Shown here in pieces: positions 48,775-58,134 of a stretch of DNA of 64,000 bases. The stretch is from NCBI GenBank assembly GCA_964502815.1, contig CAZCXV010000003.1, forward strand, positions 4,694-68,693, written 5' to 3'. The notes beneath the pieces were generated by a model, which worked only from the letters and a program-made list of their open reading frames with translations, did no database searches and had not been told where the DNA came from. Made by a program: the position numbers and the translations under genes. Numbering within the stretch: position 1 is the stretch's first letter; each line of letters opens with the position of its first letter. Source of the DNA: an uncultured Gammaproteobacteria bacterium (GTDB lineage Bacteria; Patescibacteriota; Microgenomatia; UBA8517).

Positions 48775-49941
48775 CAGATTTGAAAAAAAAGGATTGTCGG
48801 GGATGGCACTCGCCGCGCCCGCCCCCTCGGCGAGCGCTGCAAAGCTCTGTTTATATACTCAAAAAAGCCGCCGATTATTTTACTAAAATTCTACTCCGAT
48901 ATTGTTAAGGTTTCAGATTCTACAATTGACTGTGCTCCGAGTGTAAATCTATCTCTTTTTTCAAGTGAATAATAAAATTTAATTTTGTAGTTGCCTGGAA
49001 CCATCTTAGAAAAAGTTTTTTCTGGTATTACATTTGTTATATTTTTATTCGGCAGTAGAGTCTCAACGGACGGTGCAAGCATACAGACTTTTTGATCACC
49101 CTGTAAAGGGGTTGAATTATTGTCTGGAATGATAAAAACCTGTACTAAACTAGATGCGCAAGTTTCTGGGAAATAGTAGACGTTATTTTGCGTGTTATTT
49201 GTAATTGTAAAAACAATTGGTTCACTCGCTCTATATGTGGTTTTTTCAAGCTGTATAGCAACTCCAGTTTTCTGTTTCTGGGCATCTGATGGTTGGATAT
49301 TCGTTTGGCTCGAAAATTGGCACTTGCCACTGGAGCAAATAGGTTTCTCTGATAGTTCGCATGGTTTACAAGCAACGTTTCCCCCACAAGATTTTAATTG
49401 TTGAGATGAATAGTCTTTCCCAAATTCGTATTGTTCCCAATTCTTTGTTCTAATTAATTCTTTGTTTATAGCTTTTGGACAGCTGCAGCAGGAAGTTGCC
49501 TGTATTCCTATGATGCAATCATTATCTTGGGAACAGGCTAATTCACTTGGTAACGACGGTAGCGTTGGTATTATATTTGAACTCGATCGGTTGCTTTGAT
49601 ATATAGAAAATGCATACAAACCCAAAATTCCAAAAAAAAGGATGGCCAAAATAAACGTAGATATCATCCAGTAATTTATCTTTGGTTTTACTGAAATTTG
49701 CATAAGTTGATCGACGGAATTTTGTCCGATTTGTTGAGTATTTTGATCCCCAACATTTACTTGATTTTCCATATATATCTCCAGAAAATGATATCATATT
49801 CTCGAGTTTCAAGTAAGCTAAACTGAATCTAAGTTCCTTAAAATTTTTGCGTTTTTCTTTTGAAATCATTTCCTTGTAAGAAATGATTTGTCCGAGCCAT
49901 CTTTGAAAATCAGTCTGTATTTTTTCGTAAAGAGTCCACAG
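48772..49941. mobile_element. Collapsed genomic islet at the tRNA-Ile 3' end (serine-recombinase-type remnant)
   Basis: CCACAG direct repeat at 48772-48777 and 49936-49941; in-frame recombinase-tail-like peptides at both ends; one cargo gene. Confidence 0.5.
48891..49772 (-). CDS. Membrane-anchored Cys-rich protein with C-terminal Ig-like domain
   Basis: One TM; CSQDNDC...CCSC...C...C..C....C...C; beta-rich C-terminal region (Y...EPI.FTITN...PG.Y). Confidence 0.7.
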   Translation of the reverse strand: MENQVNVGDQNTQQIGQNSVDQLMQISVKPKINYWMISTFILAILFFGILGLYAFSIYQSNRSSSNIIPTLPSLPSELACSQDNDCIIGIQATSCCSCPKAINKELIRTKNWEQYEFGKDYSSQQLKSCGGNVACKPCELSEKPICSSGKCQFSSQTNIQPSDAQKQKTGVAIQLEKTTYRASEPIVFTITNNTQNNVYYFPETCASSLVQVFIIPDNNSTPLQGDQKVCMLAPSVETLLPNKNITNVIPEKTFSKMVPGNYKIKFYYSLEKRDRFTLGAQSIVESETLTISE

Positions 49942-49948
49942 TTGAAGT

Positions 49949-50809
49949 CTAAAGCTCTTCTAACTTTTGTTTCTTTCCTGGGTCAGTAATACCTGCAAGT
50001 TCCAGATATCTTTCTGTAGTTGACAGTCTTTTGTGACCTACTGCTTGGCAAATTGTAACTAGGTCTACTCCTCTTTTAAGATTTTCCACAATAAATGTTG
50101 TCCTTAAGTCATTTACCGAATACTGGGGAATTTCTGCTTTTTGCATATACCTGTCTATTGCTGCCCTAATATTTCTGACTGCCAAGGGCTTGCCATTTTT
50201 ACTTACAAAGACATATACAGAATCTGTTTTCGGCCTTTGAGAAAGATAGTTATTTAAAGAAGTTTTTGCCGGGCCATTAAAGCCAATTTGTCTTTCTGGT
50301 TGGGTGGCATATTTTTCAATTATGATGGTGTCTGATTTCACATTTTCATTTTTTAGGCTGGCAACTTCTGATATTCTCATTCCAGTTTGCAAAATAAGCT
50401 CAACTATGGCGGCAATTCTGTTGTCTGTTTTAACTATGTCTCTTAAAGCTCGGTATTCAAGAGGAGAAAGAAACTTTGGCGAAGAGGAATCAATTTGAGG
50501 GTGTGAGACATCCTTAGAGGGGTCGAAGTTGCCCAATCCTTCAGACATCAACCACCTAAAAAAAGTTTTGACTGCGTTTAGTTTCCTGGAGGCTGACTTA
50601 GGAGTATATTTTTGCTGCAAGAGAGCGTCCCTAAAGGCCTCAATATCTTCGTGCCTGACATCGTCTGAAACAACCTTACTTCTTTTTTGTAAAAAAACGG
50701 TCAACTGTTCAAGATCTGCTCTGTAGGCTAGAATGGTTGAGGGAGACCTATTTTTGTCATTTAAGTCCTGGATAAATTTTGGCAGAAGTATCTTTAAAGG
50801 TTCTTGCAT
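49949..50809 (-). CDS. XerC/XerD-like tyrosine recombinase
   Basis: N-terminal SAM-like domain (T..AYR.DL), TGMRISE, NDLRTTF, VGH..LSTTERY. Confidence 0.85.
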   Translation of the reverse strand: MQEPLKILLPKFIQDLNDKNRSPSTILAYRADLEQLTVFLQKRSKVVSDDVRHEDIEAFRDALLQQKYTPKSASRKLNAVKTFFRWLMSEGLGNFDPSKDVSHPQIDSSSPKFLSPLEYRALRDIVKTDNRIAAIVELILQTGMRISEVASLKNENVKSDTIIIEKYATQPERQIGFNGPAKTSLNNYLSQRPKTDSVYVFVSKNGKPLAVRNIRAAIDRYMQKAEIPQYSVNDLRTTFIVENLKRGVDLVTICQAVGHKRLSTTERYLELAGITDPGKKQKLEEL

Positions 50810-50871
50810 ATTTATAATTGATATTATCTTACCACAAAATTAAGGTTAATCAATAATTACTACAGGATACT

Positions 50872-51261
50872 ATGAAGGAAAAACAAATAAAGAAAATAAG
50901 CCTGAATTTAGATCTTTTCTACCGTTTGGGGGCAGTAATTGTCGGAATAATGCTGTCAATAACCTTAACCAGAAATATTCTTATAATATCTACGGCAAAT
51001 AAAAAAATTGCCAAAGTAAAAGATGAAATTATCTCCCTAAAAGAAAAAAATGAAACCTTAAAGAAACAAATCCAAGAATCTCAAACAGATGAATTTACCG
51101 AGAGGCAAGCCAGAAATAGATTGGGACTTGTTAGAGAAGGGGAAGTAGTTGTAGTTTTGCCTGAAGAGGAAATCTTAAAAAAATTCTCACCAAATATAAA
51201 AGAACAGGAAGATCAACTCCCAGATCCAAATTGGAAAAAGTGGCTGAAGTTATTTATGTGA
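50872..51261 (+). CDS. Septum formation initiator (FtsB/DivIC-like)
   Basis: TM, coiled coil, E.QARN.LGLV.EGE.V, PNWKKW. Confidence 0.85.
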   Translation: MKEKQIKKISLNLDLFYRLGAVIVGIMLSITLTRNILIISTANKKIAKVKDEIISLKEKNETLKKQIQESQTDEFTERQARNRLGLVREGEVVVVLPEEEILKKFSPNIKEQEDQLPDPNWKKWLKLFM

Positions 51262-51291
51262 TAACTTAAACTCCACTTATTTAGTTTTGTG

Positions 51292-51361
51292 TTGCGGGGC
51301 TGGGAGTTGAACCCAGCCTGAAAGATTATGAGCCTTTCGTGCAGCCGTACACTACCCCGCA
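51292..51361 (-). tRNA. tRNA-Met(CAT), possibly an atypical initiator
   Basis: TGCGGGG-TA-GTGTACGGCTGCAC-G-AAAGG-CTCATAA-TCTTT-CAG-GCTGGG-TTCAACT-CCCAG-CCCCGCA-A. Confidence 0.85.
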
Positions 51362-51478
51362 TGTAGGAATTTGCAAAGCAAATTCATAGCATCTATCTTT
51401 CGTTTTTTGTAAATGAACAGCCTCATTATAACATAAGATCTTGAGGCTGAGAAGGTATTAAGGTAAAATAGAAGTCAA

Positions 51479-51550
51479 GCCAGGGTAGCTCAATGGTGGA
51501 GCAGCAGATTCATAAACTGCAGGTTAAGAGTTCGATCCTCTTCCCTGGTA
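51479..51550 (+). tRNA. tRNA-Met(CAT), probably elongator
   Basis: GCCAGGG-TA-GCTCAATGGTGGAGC-A-GCAGA-TTCATAA-ACTGC-AGGTT-AAGAG-TTCGATC-CTCTT-CCCTGGT-A. Confidence 0.9.
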
Positions 51551-51601
51551 CTTAAAGATTAATTCCTTTCTTTTTAGCTTCGAAAGACTTAGAATACAAA
51601 T

Positions 51602-52582
51602 ATGACAAAACGCGTACTTGCTGGAATGAGGGCAACCGGCAGACTGCACTTGGGAAATTACTTAGGTGGGGCTAAAGGAATGCTTGAACTTCAAGACAAT
51701 CCTGAATATGAAACTCTTTACATGGTTGCAGATATGCATGGGGTTACTACTCCCTATGATGTTGAAAATCTGACCAAAAACAGACGGGAAATGATTTTAG
51801 ATTATTTAGCAATTGGGTTAGATCCGGAAAAAAGTATTATCTTTGCCCAATCAGAGATTGGTTTGCACGGGGAGTTGGCATTTTATTTATCCAGTATCGT
51901 CACTGTTGCTAGGATGCAGCACTTACCTACCTATAAAGACAAAAAAGCCCAATACCCAGATCATGTAACAATGGCACTTTTGAATTATCCAGTTTTAATG
52001 GCTGCAGATATTCTTTTATATAAAGCAAGTCTTGTCCCAGTGGGAATTGACCAAGAACCTCATCTGGAAGTAGCAAGAGAAATTACCAGAAAGATGAATG
52101 CTGAATACGGACTGGATTTTCCCGAACCCCAAAGATTTAAAACCAAAGGAGAATATGTGCCATCGCTTACAGGTGAAGGGAAAATGAGCAAGTCAGTTGA
52201 AGGAAGCTATATTTCTTTAACTGATAACTTGGAAACTATAAGAGCAAAAATTGCCAAGGTTCCAACTGCGACAAAATCTGGGGGTGAGATGTCTGATGGA
52301 GTTAAACTATTATTCAAGCTGATTGACCTTTTTATTCCAAACGATTCACGTGCAAAAGAATTAGAGAATATGTTTAGTAATGGGACTCTGAAATTTAGTG
52401 ATCTTAAAAACTATGTCTCCGAAATTGTATTTGCAGAACTTAAATCCATTCAAGAGAGAAGAAAAGACTTGGAAGCAAAGCCAGAATATATTGATGAAGT
52501 ATTAAAAAATGGTGCCCAAAAAGCCAGAAAAATTGCCCAGGAAACAATAGATGAAGTGAAACAGAAAATGGGACTTCAATAA
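51602..52582 (+). CDS. trpS: Tryptophan--tRNA ligase
   Basis: HLGNY, YPVLMAADIL, VPVGIDQ.PH.E, KMSKS. Confidence 0.97.
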   Translation: MTKRVLAGMRATGRLHLGNYLGGAKGMLELQDNPEYETLYMVADMHGVTTPYDVENLTKNRREMILDYLAIGLDPEKSIIFAQSEIGLHGELAFYLSSIVTVARMQHLPTYKDKKAQYPDHVTMALLNYPVLMAADILLYKASLVPVGIDQEPHLEVAREITRKMNAEYGLDFPEPQRFKTKGEYVPSLTGEGKMSKSVEGSYISLTDNLETIRAKIAKVPTATKSGGEMSDGVKLLFKLIDLFIPNDSRAKELENMFSNGTLKFSDLKNYVSEIVFAELKSIQERRKDLEAKPEYIDEVLKNGAQKARKIAQETIDEVKQKMGLQ

Positions 52583-52583
52583 T

Positions 52584-52934
52584 ATGGATCAAATTTCTTT
52601 TTCAGACTTTCAAAAAGTTGATATCAGAATTGGAACAGTTATAGAGGCAGAGATTCCTGAGTGGAGTCACTGGGTAATGAGATTAAGGGTTGATTTGGGT
52701 CCAAAAATTGGCATTAAAACCGCTTTCTCAGGAATAATGAAGTTTCACAAGTCAGAGGAGCTTGTAGGCAAGCAATTTCCATTTGTTGTCAACTTAGAGC
52801 CAAAAAAGACAGGACCTGCCCGCGAACTATCTGAAGTAATGATGATAATGGCAGTCCCTAAAGAAGATGAAGAAACTGCCCCGATTTTATTTGCTCAACA
52901 AGACTCTGTGGCCAATGGGACAAAAGTGCGCTAA
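52584..52934 (+). CDS. tRNA-binding OB-fold protein (Trbp111/CsaA/MetG C-terminal-like)
   Basis: ISF.DF.KVDIRIG.V...VDLG...SGI...L.GK...VNL.P...SE.M. Confidence 0.88.
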   Translation: MDQISFSDFQKVDIRIGTVIEAEIPEWSHWVMRLRVDLGPKIGIKTAFSGIMKFHKSEELVGKQFPFVVNLEPKKTGPARELSEVMMIMAVPKEDEETAPILFAQQDSVANGTKVR

Positions 52935-52945
52935 AATAGCTTCTG

Positions 52946-55900
52946 ATGACCGATAATACAAAAAACGGCAATGGCCACAAAAATGGCAAAAACGGAAAAC
53001 CTACTAAAATTGTTAAAGTAGATTTTAATATTTGGAAAATAGCTCTAACAGTTTTAACCTTTCTTTTTATGGCGCCACTGTTTTTGTCTGTTTTTAAAGA
53101 CAAGTTAGATCAAAACAAAATTGAGCTTTCGCAGGCTTTAGCAGACATCAAAGAACAAAAAATTGAAAAGGTAGTTGTTGAAGAAAATAAGCTTCTTTTG
53201 ACTTATAAAGATGGCACAAATAAAGTTACATCTAAAGAAAACAGCATCTCGTTTCCAGAACTTATGGATAGATCTGGTATAAACTTAGCTGACGTTAAGT
53301 ATGACACTAATGACCAATCTCTCCTCAAGGCTTTTGCAGATTTAGTTAGTGTAGTTTTACCCATTGGTCTAATGGCAGTTCTTCTTTATTACTTTCTAAG
53401 GGCTCAGAATAAAGGTGCTTCAGATATTTTTTCCTTTGGCAGGAGCAAAGCCAAGTTGTTTGCTAAAGGTAAGCAAGATGTCAAGTTTGAAGACGTTGCA
53501 GGAATTGATGAAGCCAAAAGAGAACTAACCGAAATCGTTGATTTTTTGAAAAATCCTGCAAAGTACAAAAAAATTGGCGCCAGAACACCAAAAGGAGTTT
53601 TATTGGTTGGTCCCAGTGGAACTGGAAAGTGTATAACTGGAGAATCTATGGTGTGGACAAATAAGGGATTAATGGAGATCAAAGATATACCAAGATACTA
53701 TTATGTAGACAAAAATAATAATCGTACTTATGGCGCTTCGCTAGCAGGCTTTGATTTAGATAAGATCAAAAATAAAAATAGTTTTGCTTCTCATTGGTAT
53801 GATCTTGGTATTCAAAAAACAATAAAAATAAGATCTTCACAAGGTTACAACCTAGAAGGAACTCCCGAACATCCTGTTATATCTATGACTAATGATGGTG
53901 TTTTAAAATATAAAAAATTAAGCGAAGTTGAAAAAGGAGATTATTTAGCAATTCAATATGGAAGAAATATTTTTGGTGATTTAAATATGGTTGACCAAGA
54001 TACAGCCTATTTAATGGGACTTTTAACTGGTGATGGCAACATGAGTATTTCAAGTAGAGTTGGAATAACAAGTATTGACCCCGAAATAGTTAAATTTTTT
54101 AGAACTTATGTAAATAAACGATATCCTGATTCTGCAATTACCCCTAATGGTCAAAGTTATTTAATCTCAAACTGGGAATTTAAGAAATATTTGTACCAAT
54201 TGGGAATGAGCTATTTGCTTTCTTTTGATAAGGTTGTTCCTCCAACTATACTGCAGTCCCCAAAAAATATTCAAGTAGCTTTCTTACAAGGATTATTTGA
54301 CACCGATGCTTCAATTGAAAAAAGACATGGAGCCTTCGAATATGCCACGGTTAGCGAAAAGATGGCAAAGCAGGTGCAAATGATGATGCTTAATTTGGGA
54401 ATAATTGCTAGCTTGAATCAAAAAGGAAAGGTGGAAGATGGACATTACAGACCAGTTTATAGAATTACGATGACTGGAAGTGGACTTACTGCTTTTGCAA
54501 AAGAAGTTGGTTTCAAATTAACTAGAAAGAAAGAATTATTGTCTAAAAATGTTTCTAAAATGGGGCGTGTCAATACTAATATCGATGTAATTCCTGGTGT
54601 TGGTCGTCTAATTGAAGAGTCATGGAGGGAATTATCTAATAAAAAATTAAGTACAGAAAAATTGTCTAGAACAATAGATAAAGTTAGAAAAAGAAATAGG
54701 ATTTCTAGACAAACCCTCTCGGATTATTTGATTTATTCAAAATCTGTAAGTGACAATGTATTACATTATGAATTTATATATAGTCTGCTGAAATCTAATT
54801 TGTTCTTTTCTGAAGTTGTAGAAAAAACAAATAGTGAGAATCGTGTTTATGATTTCACAGTTCCAAAAACTCATTCCTTTATTTCAAATGGTTTTATTTC
54901 TCACAATACATTGCTTGCAAGAGCACTAGCCGGAGAAGCAGGTGTACCATTCTTTTCCATGGCAGGGAGTGAATTTATGGAGGTACTTGTAGGTGTGGGT
55001 GCATCCCGCGTGAGGGATTTATTTTCCCAAGCAAAAGCTTCGGCACCTTCGATTATTTTTATAGATGAGATTGATGCTATAGGTAGGCAGCGTGGTGGAA
55101 GAAATTTCATGGGAGGACATGACGAAAGAGAACAGACTTTAAACCAAATATTAGTTGAGCTGGATGGTTTTACGCCAAATGATCAAGTTCTAGTTCTTGC
55201 TAGCACTAACCGTGGAGATGTTTTGGATCCGGCACTACTTCGCCCTGGTAGATTTGATCGAAGAGTTATGCTTGATATGCCAGACAAAGAAGGTAGAGGA
55301 GAAATCTTAAAAATCCACGCTAGGGGCAAGAAATTTTCCGACAGTGTTAATTGGGGAAGAATTGCCGATAGGACAGTAGGTTTTTCTGGAGCTGATCTTG
55401 AAAATATGCTTAACGAAGCAGCAATTGCAGCAGCTAGACACGACAAAGAAGCAATTGAAATGAATGATATTGAAGAGGCGGCAACTAAAGTAAAACTAGG
55501 GCCAGCCAGAAAAAGACTCCAGAGCAAGGAAGACAGAACGATAACAGCAGCCCATGAAGCGGGTCATGCCATTGTCACCCATTTCCTTCCCAAGATGGAT
55601 CCGGTTCACAGAATCTCAATTGTTGCTAGGGGAATGAGTTTAGGACATACTTTAATTCCTCCTGCTGCAGACAGGTCTCATGAAACTAGGGAGAGATTTA
55701 TCCAACAGCTTGCAGCTATGCTTGGAGGAAGGGCTGCAGAAGAAGTGGTCTTTAATGAGATGACCTCTGGAGCCTCTAATGATATTGAATTGGCAACTAG
55801 GCTAGTCAGAGCAATGGTTGAAGAATATGGTATGAGTTCTCTGGGACCTATTAATTGGGGATTACAATCAAGCTATGGTGATTTTGGAAATGTTAACTAT

Positions 55901-56101
55901 ACGGAAAGTTCAAACATTTCCCAGAAAATGCAGGAAAAAGTTGATCTGGAAGTGGCCAAATTAATGGAAACTGCGCACCAAAAAGCTTTGACACTTGTCA
56001 AAAAGAACAGAAAACTTTTAGACAAAGTAACAGCTGCTTTATTAGAAAAAGAAACCATAGACCGAGACGAGTTTGAAAAAATTGTGGGGAAGAAAAAATA
56101 A
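52946..56101 (+). CDS. ftsH: ATP-dependent zinc metalloprotease FtsH precursor containing an intein
   Basis: Two TMs, F.DVAG.DEAK.EL.EIV.FL, Walker A split by the intein, IIFIDEIDA, LLRPGRFDR, HEAGH. Confidence 0.96.
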   Translation: MTDNTKNGNGHKNGKNGKPTKIVKVDFNIWKIALTVLTFLFMAPLFLSVFKDKLDQNKIELSQALADIKEQKIEKVVVEENKLLLTYKDGTNKVTSKENSISFPELMDRSGINLADVKYDTNDQSLLKAFADLVSVVLPIGLMAVLLYYFLRAQNKGASDIFSFGRSKAKLFAKGKQDVKFEDVAGIDEAKRELTEIVDFLKNPAKYKKIGARTPKGVLLVGPSGTGKCITGESMVWTNKGLMEIKDIPRYYYVDKNNNRTYGASLAGFDLDKIKNKNSFASHWYDLGIQKTIKIRSSQGYNLEGTPEHPVISMTNDGVLKYKKLSEVEKGDYLAIQYGRNIFGDLNMVDQDTAYLMGLLTGDGNMSISSRVGITSIDPEIVKFFRTYVNKRYPDSAITPNGQSYLISNWEFKKYLYQLGMSYLLSFDKVVPPTILQSPKNIQVAFLQGLFDTDASIEKRHGAFEYATVSEKMAKQVQMMMLNLGIIASLNQKGKVEDGHYRPVYRITMTGSGLTAFAKEVGFKLTRKKELLSKNVSKMGRVNTNIDVIPGVGRLIEESWRELSNKKLSTEKLSRTIDKVRKRNRISRQTLSDYLIYSKSVSDNVLHYEFIYSLLKSNLFFSEVVEKTNSENRVYDFTVPKTHSFISNGFISHNTLLARALAGEAGVPFFSMAGSEFMEVLVGVGASRVRDLFSQAKASAPSIIFIDEIDAIGRQRGGRNFMGGHDEREQTLNQILVELDGFTPNDQVLVLASTNRGDVLDPALLRPGRFDRRVMLDMPDKEGRGEILKIHARGKKFSDSVNWGRIADRTVGFSGADLENMLNEAAIAAARHDKEAIEMNDIEEAATKVKLGPARKRLQSKEDRTITAAHEAGHAIVTHFLPKMDPVHRISIVARGMSLGHTLIPPAADRSHETRERFIQQLAAMLGGRAAEEVVFNEMTSGASNDIELATRLVRAMVEEYGMSSLGPINWGLQSSYGDFGNVNYTESSNISQKMQEKVDLEVAKLMETAHQKALTLVKKNRKLLDKVTAALLEKETIDRDEFEKIVGKKK
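53630..54907 (+). mobile_element. Intein with LAGLIDADG homing endonuclease (426 aa)
   Basis: Starts CITGES, block B GTPEHP, YLMGLLTGDG and FLQGLFDTDA, ends VYDFTV...F.SNGFISHN; followed by Thr, restoring GPSGTGK/TLLARA. Confidence 0.95.
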
Positions 56102-56128
56102 ACTGCAGTTTTTGATAGAATACAAGTT

Positions 56129-57022
56129 GTGACTAGGTTAATTCTAATAGACGGCAATGCAATAATGCACCGCTCTTTCCATGCCCTTCCTCCACTTACT
56201 ACATTGACTAATGAACCTATCAATGCAGTTTATGGCTTTGTTTCCATGCTCATAAGAATCATCCACGACCTAAAGCCAAGCCATATTACGGTTTGCTTTG
56301 ATAGACCTGAAGCCACATTTAGGAAAAAAGAATTTGCAGGATATCAAGCCAAAAGACCTGAAATGGACACAAGCCTTTCTTCTCAGTTTGAAAAAATGTC
56401 TGAAGTACTGAGTGCTATGAATATTCCAGTTTACTCAAAAGCCGGCTTTGAGGCAGATGATGTTATTGGGACTATTTCAAAACAAGCTAAAGTTGATGAA
56501 GTAGTAATTGTAACCGGGGATAGAGATATTTTGCAGTTAGTAGACAAAAAAACTAAAGTCTATCTTCCTACTAAAGGACTATCTGAAGGAAAAATTTTTG
56601 ATTCAAGCAATGTTAAGGAAAAGATGGGAGTAACACCTATTCAAATAATTGACTTAAAAGCTTTAACTGGAGACTCGTCAGACAACTATCCTGGAGTTCC
56701 GGGAATTGGTCCAAAAACTGCAGTGATCTTAATTGAAAAATATGGGACATTAGAAAACATCTATGACCACTTAAAAGATATTAAAGAGTCAACTGCTAAA
56801 AAGCTTGAGGCGGGAAGAGACTTAGGCTTTCTTTGTAAAAAGCTGGCAACAATTGTAACTAGTGTAGAAACTGATTTTGATTTAGACAAGACAAAGAAAT
56901 GGAAAGTAGATGACCCAAACTTAATAGATCTTTTTCATACTTTTGGTTTTAAAACCCTAACAAGAAGAATTCAAGATTTGGGAAAAACTATTCAAGCAGA
57001 AAATCAAATGACTTTACTTTGA
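56129..57022 (+). CDS. Stand-alone 5'-3' exonuclease (DNA Pol I N-terminal domain)
   Basis: LIDGN...R.FHA, EADDVIGT, TGDRD, GDSSDNYPGVPGIGPKTA; no polymerase domain. Confidence 0.92.
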   Translation: MTRLILIDGNAIMHRSFHALPPLTTLTNEPINAVYGFVSMLIRIIHDLKPSHITVCFDRPEATFRKKEFAGYQAKRPEMDTSLSSQFEKMSEVLSAMNIPVYSKAGFEADDVIGTISKQAKVDEVVIVTGDRDILQLVDKKTKVYLPTKGLSEGKIFDSSNVKEKMGVTPIQIIDLKALTGDSSDNYPGVPGIGPKTAVILIEKYGTLENIYDHLKDIKESTAKKLEAGRDLGFLCKKLATIVTSVETDFDLDKTKKWKVDDPNLIDLFHTFGFKTLTRRIQDLGKTIQAENQMTLL

Positions 57023-57024
57023 AG

Positions 57025-58134
57025 ATGAAAATAGCGCTAGTACACGACTACATTAGAGATTTTGGAGGAGCAGAAAGAGTTTTGAAGACTCTGACTGAAA
57101 TATATCCTGATGCCCCAATTTATACAGCTTTCTATGTTAAAAATTCCACAGCATACCGGGAATTCAAAGACAAAAAGATAGTAGAAAGCGCTTGGGCTCC
57201 ATTAGTCAAACATTTCAATTTATACAGCCCTTTAAGATTTTTGCTTCCAGCCATTTGGGGAAGCTTGGACTTGTCTGACTATGATTTAGTAATTACTTCC
57301 TGCTCAAACTATGTAGCCCGTGGATTTAAAGTGGGAAAGAAAACCAAAGTTGTAGCTTACTGTCATACACCGCCTAGATTTTTGTATGGCTATCAGACAG
57401 GGGACTTAACGCGAATTTGGCCAATTAAAATATATGCAGATATTCTTGCCCATTTCTTAAGACAGTTTGATTTTAATACAGCGAATACAATAGATCACTG
57501 GATTGCAAATTCCAAAAATGTTCAACAAAGAATTGCCAAGTTTTATAAAAAAAGCTCAATGGTAATCTACCCTCCTGTAGACTTTGAAAAATTCAGTAAC
57601 TTAAACTTGCCTAAAGAAAACTTCTACTTAATAGTTTCAAGAATTGTGGGAACAAAAGGTATAATGGAGGCAGTAGAAGCTGCAAGCAAATTAAACATCA
57701 ACTTAAAAATTGTAGGCGAGGGAGCTGGAATACTTTCTGTCGAAAATAAATTAAATAGATATCTAGGCAAAAATATCGAACTTTTGGGGCGAGTTAGTGA
57801 TGAAGAATTGACAAAACTATATTCAAGAGCAAAAGGTTTTATTGCTCTTGCCCGTGATGAAGACTTTGGCATGACGGTTGTTGAAGCCCAGTCGGCAGGA
57901 ACTCCAGTGATTGCTTTTAGAGGGGGAGGTTTTAAAGAATCGATTATTAAAAACAAAAGTGGTATATTTGTTGACAGTCTGGAAATAGAGAGCTTAAAAG
58001 AGGCTTTTGAAAAGTTTAAAAAGACAAAATGGAACAAGAAAATAATTCAAGAAAATGCCAAAAAGTTTGCAAAACAAAAATTTATTGCTAAAATGGGCAG
58101 CTTTATAAAAGCGCTTAAATTAAATGCTTATTGA
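57025..58134 (+). CDS. Family 4 glycosyltransferase
   Basis: ALVHD...GGAERV, YCHTP.R, EDFGMT.VEAQ.AG.PVIA. Confidence 0.92.
   Translation: MKIALVHDYIRDFGGAERVLKTLTEIYPDAPIYTAFYVKNSTAYREFKDKKIVESAWAPLVKHFNLYSPLRFLLPAIWGSLDLSDYDLVITSCSNYVARGFKVGKKTKVVAYCHTPPRFLYGYQTGDLTRIWPIKIYADILAHFLRQFDFNTANTIDHWIANSKNVQQRIAKFYKKSSMVIYPPVDFEKFSNLNLPKENFYLIVSRIVGTKGIMEAVEAASKLNINLKIVGEGAGILSVENKLNRYLGKNIELLGRVSDEELTKLYSRAKGFIALARDEDFGMTVVEAQSAGTPVIAFRGGGFKESIIKNKSGIFVDSLEIESLKEAFEKFKKTKWNKKIIQENAKKFAKQKFIAKMGSFIKALKLNAY

Noticed and set aside
48806-48837. GC-rich hairpin CTCGCCG...CGGCGAG as an ncRNA or terminator
   Set aside because: No adjacent U-tract; better explained as part of the recombinase-tail remnant
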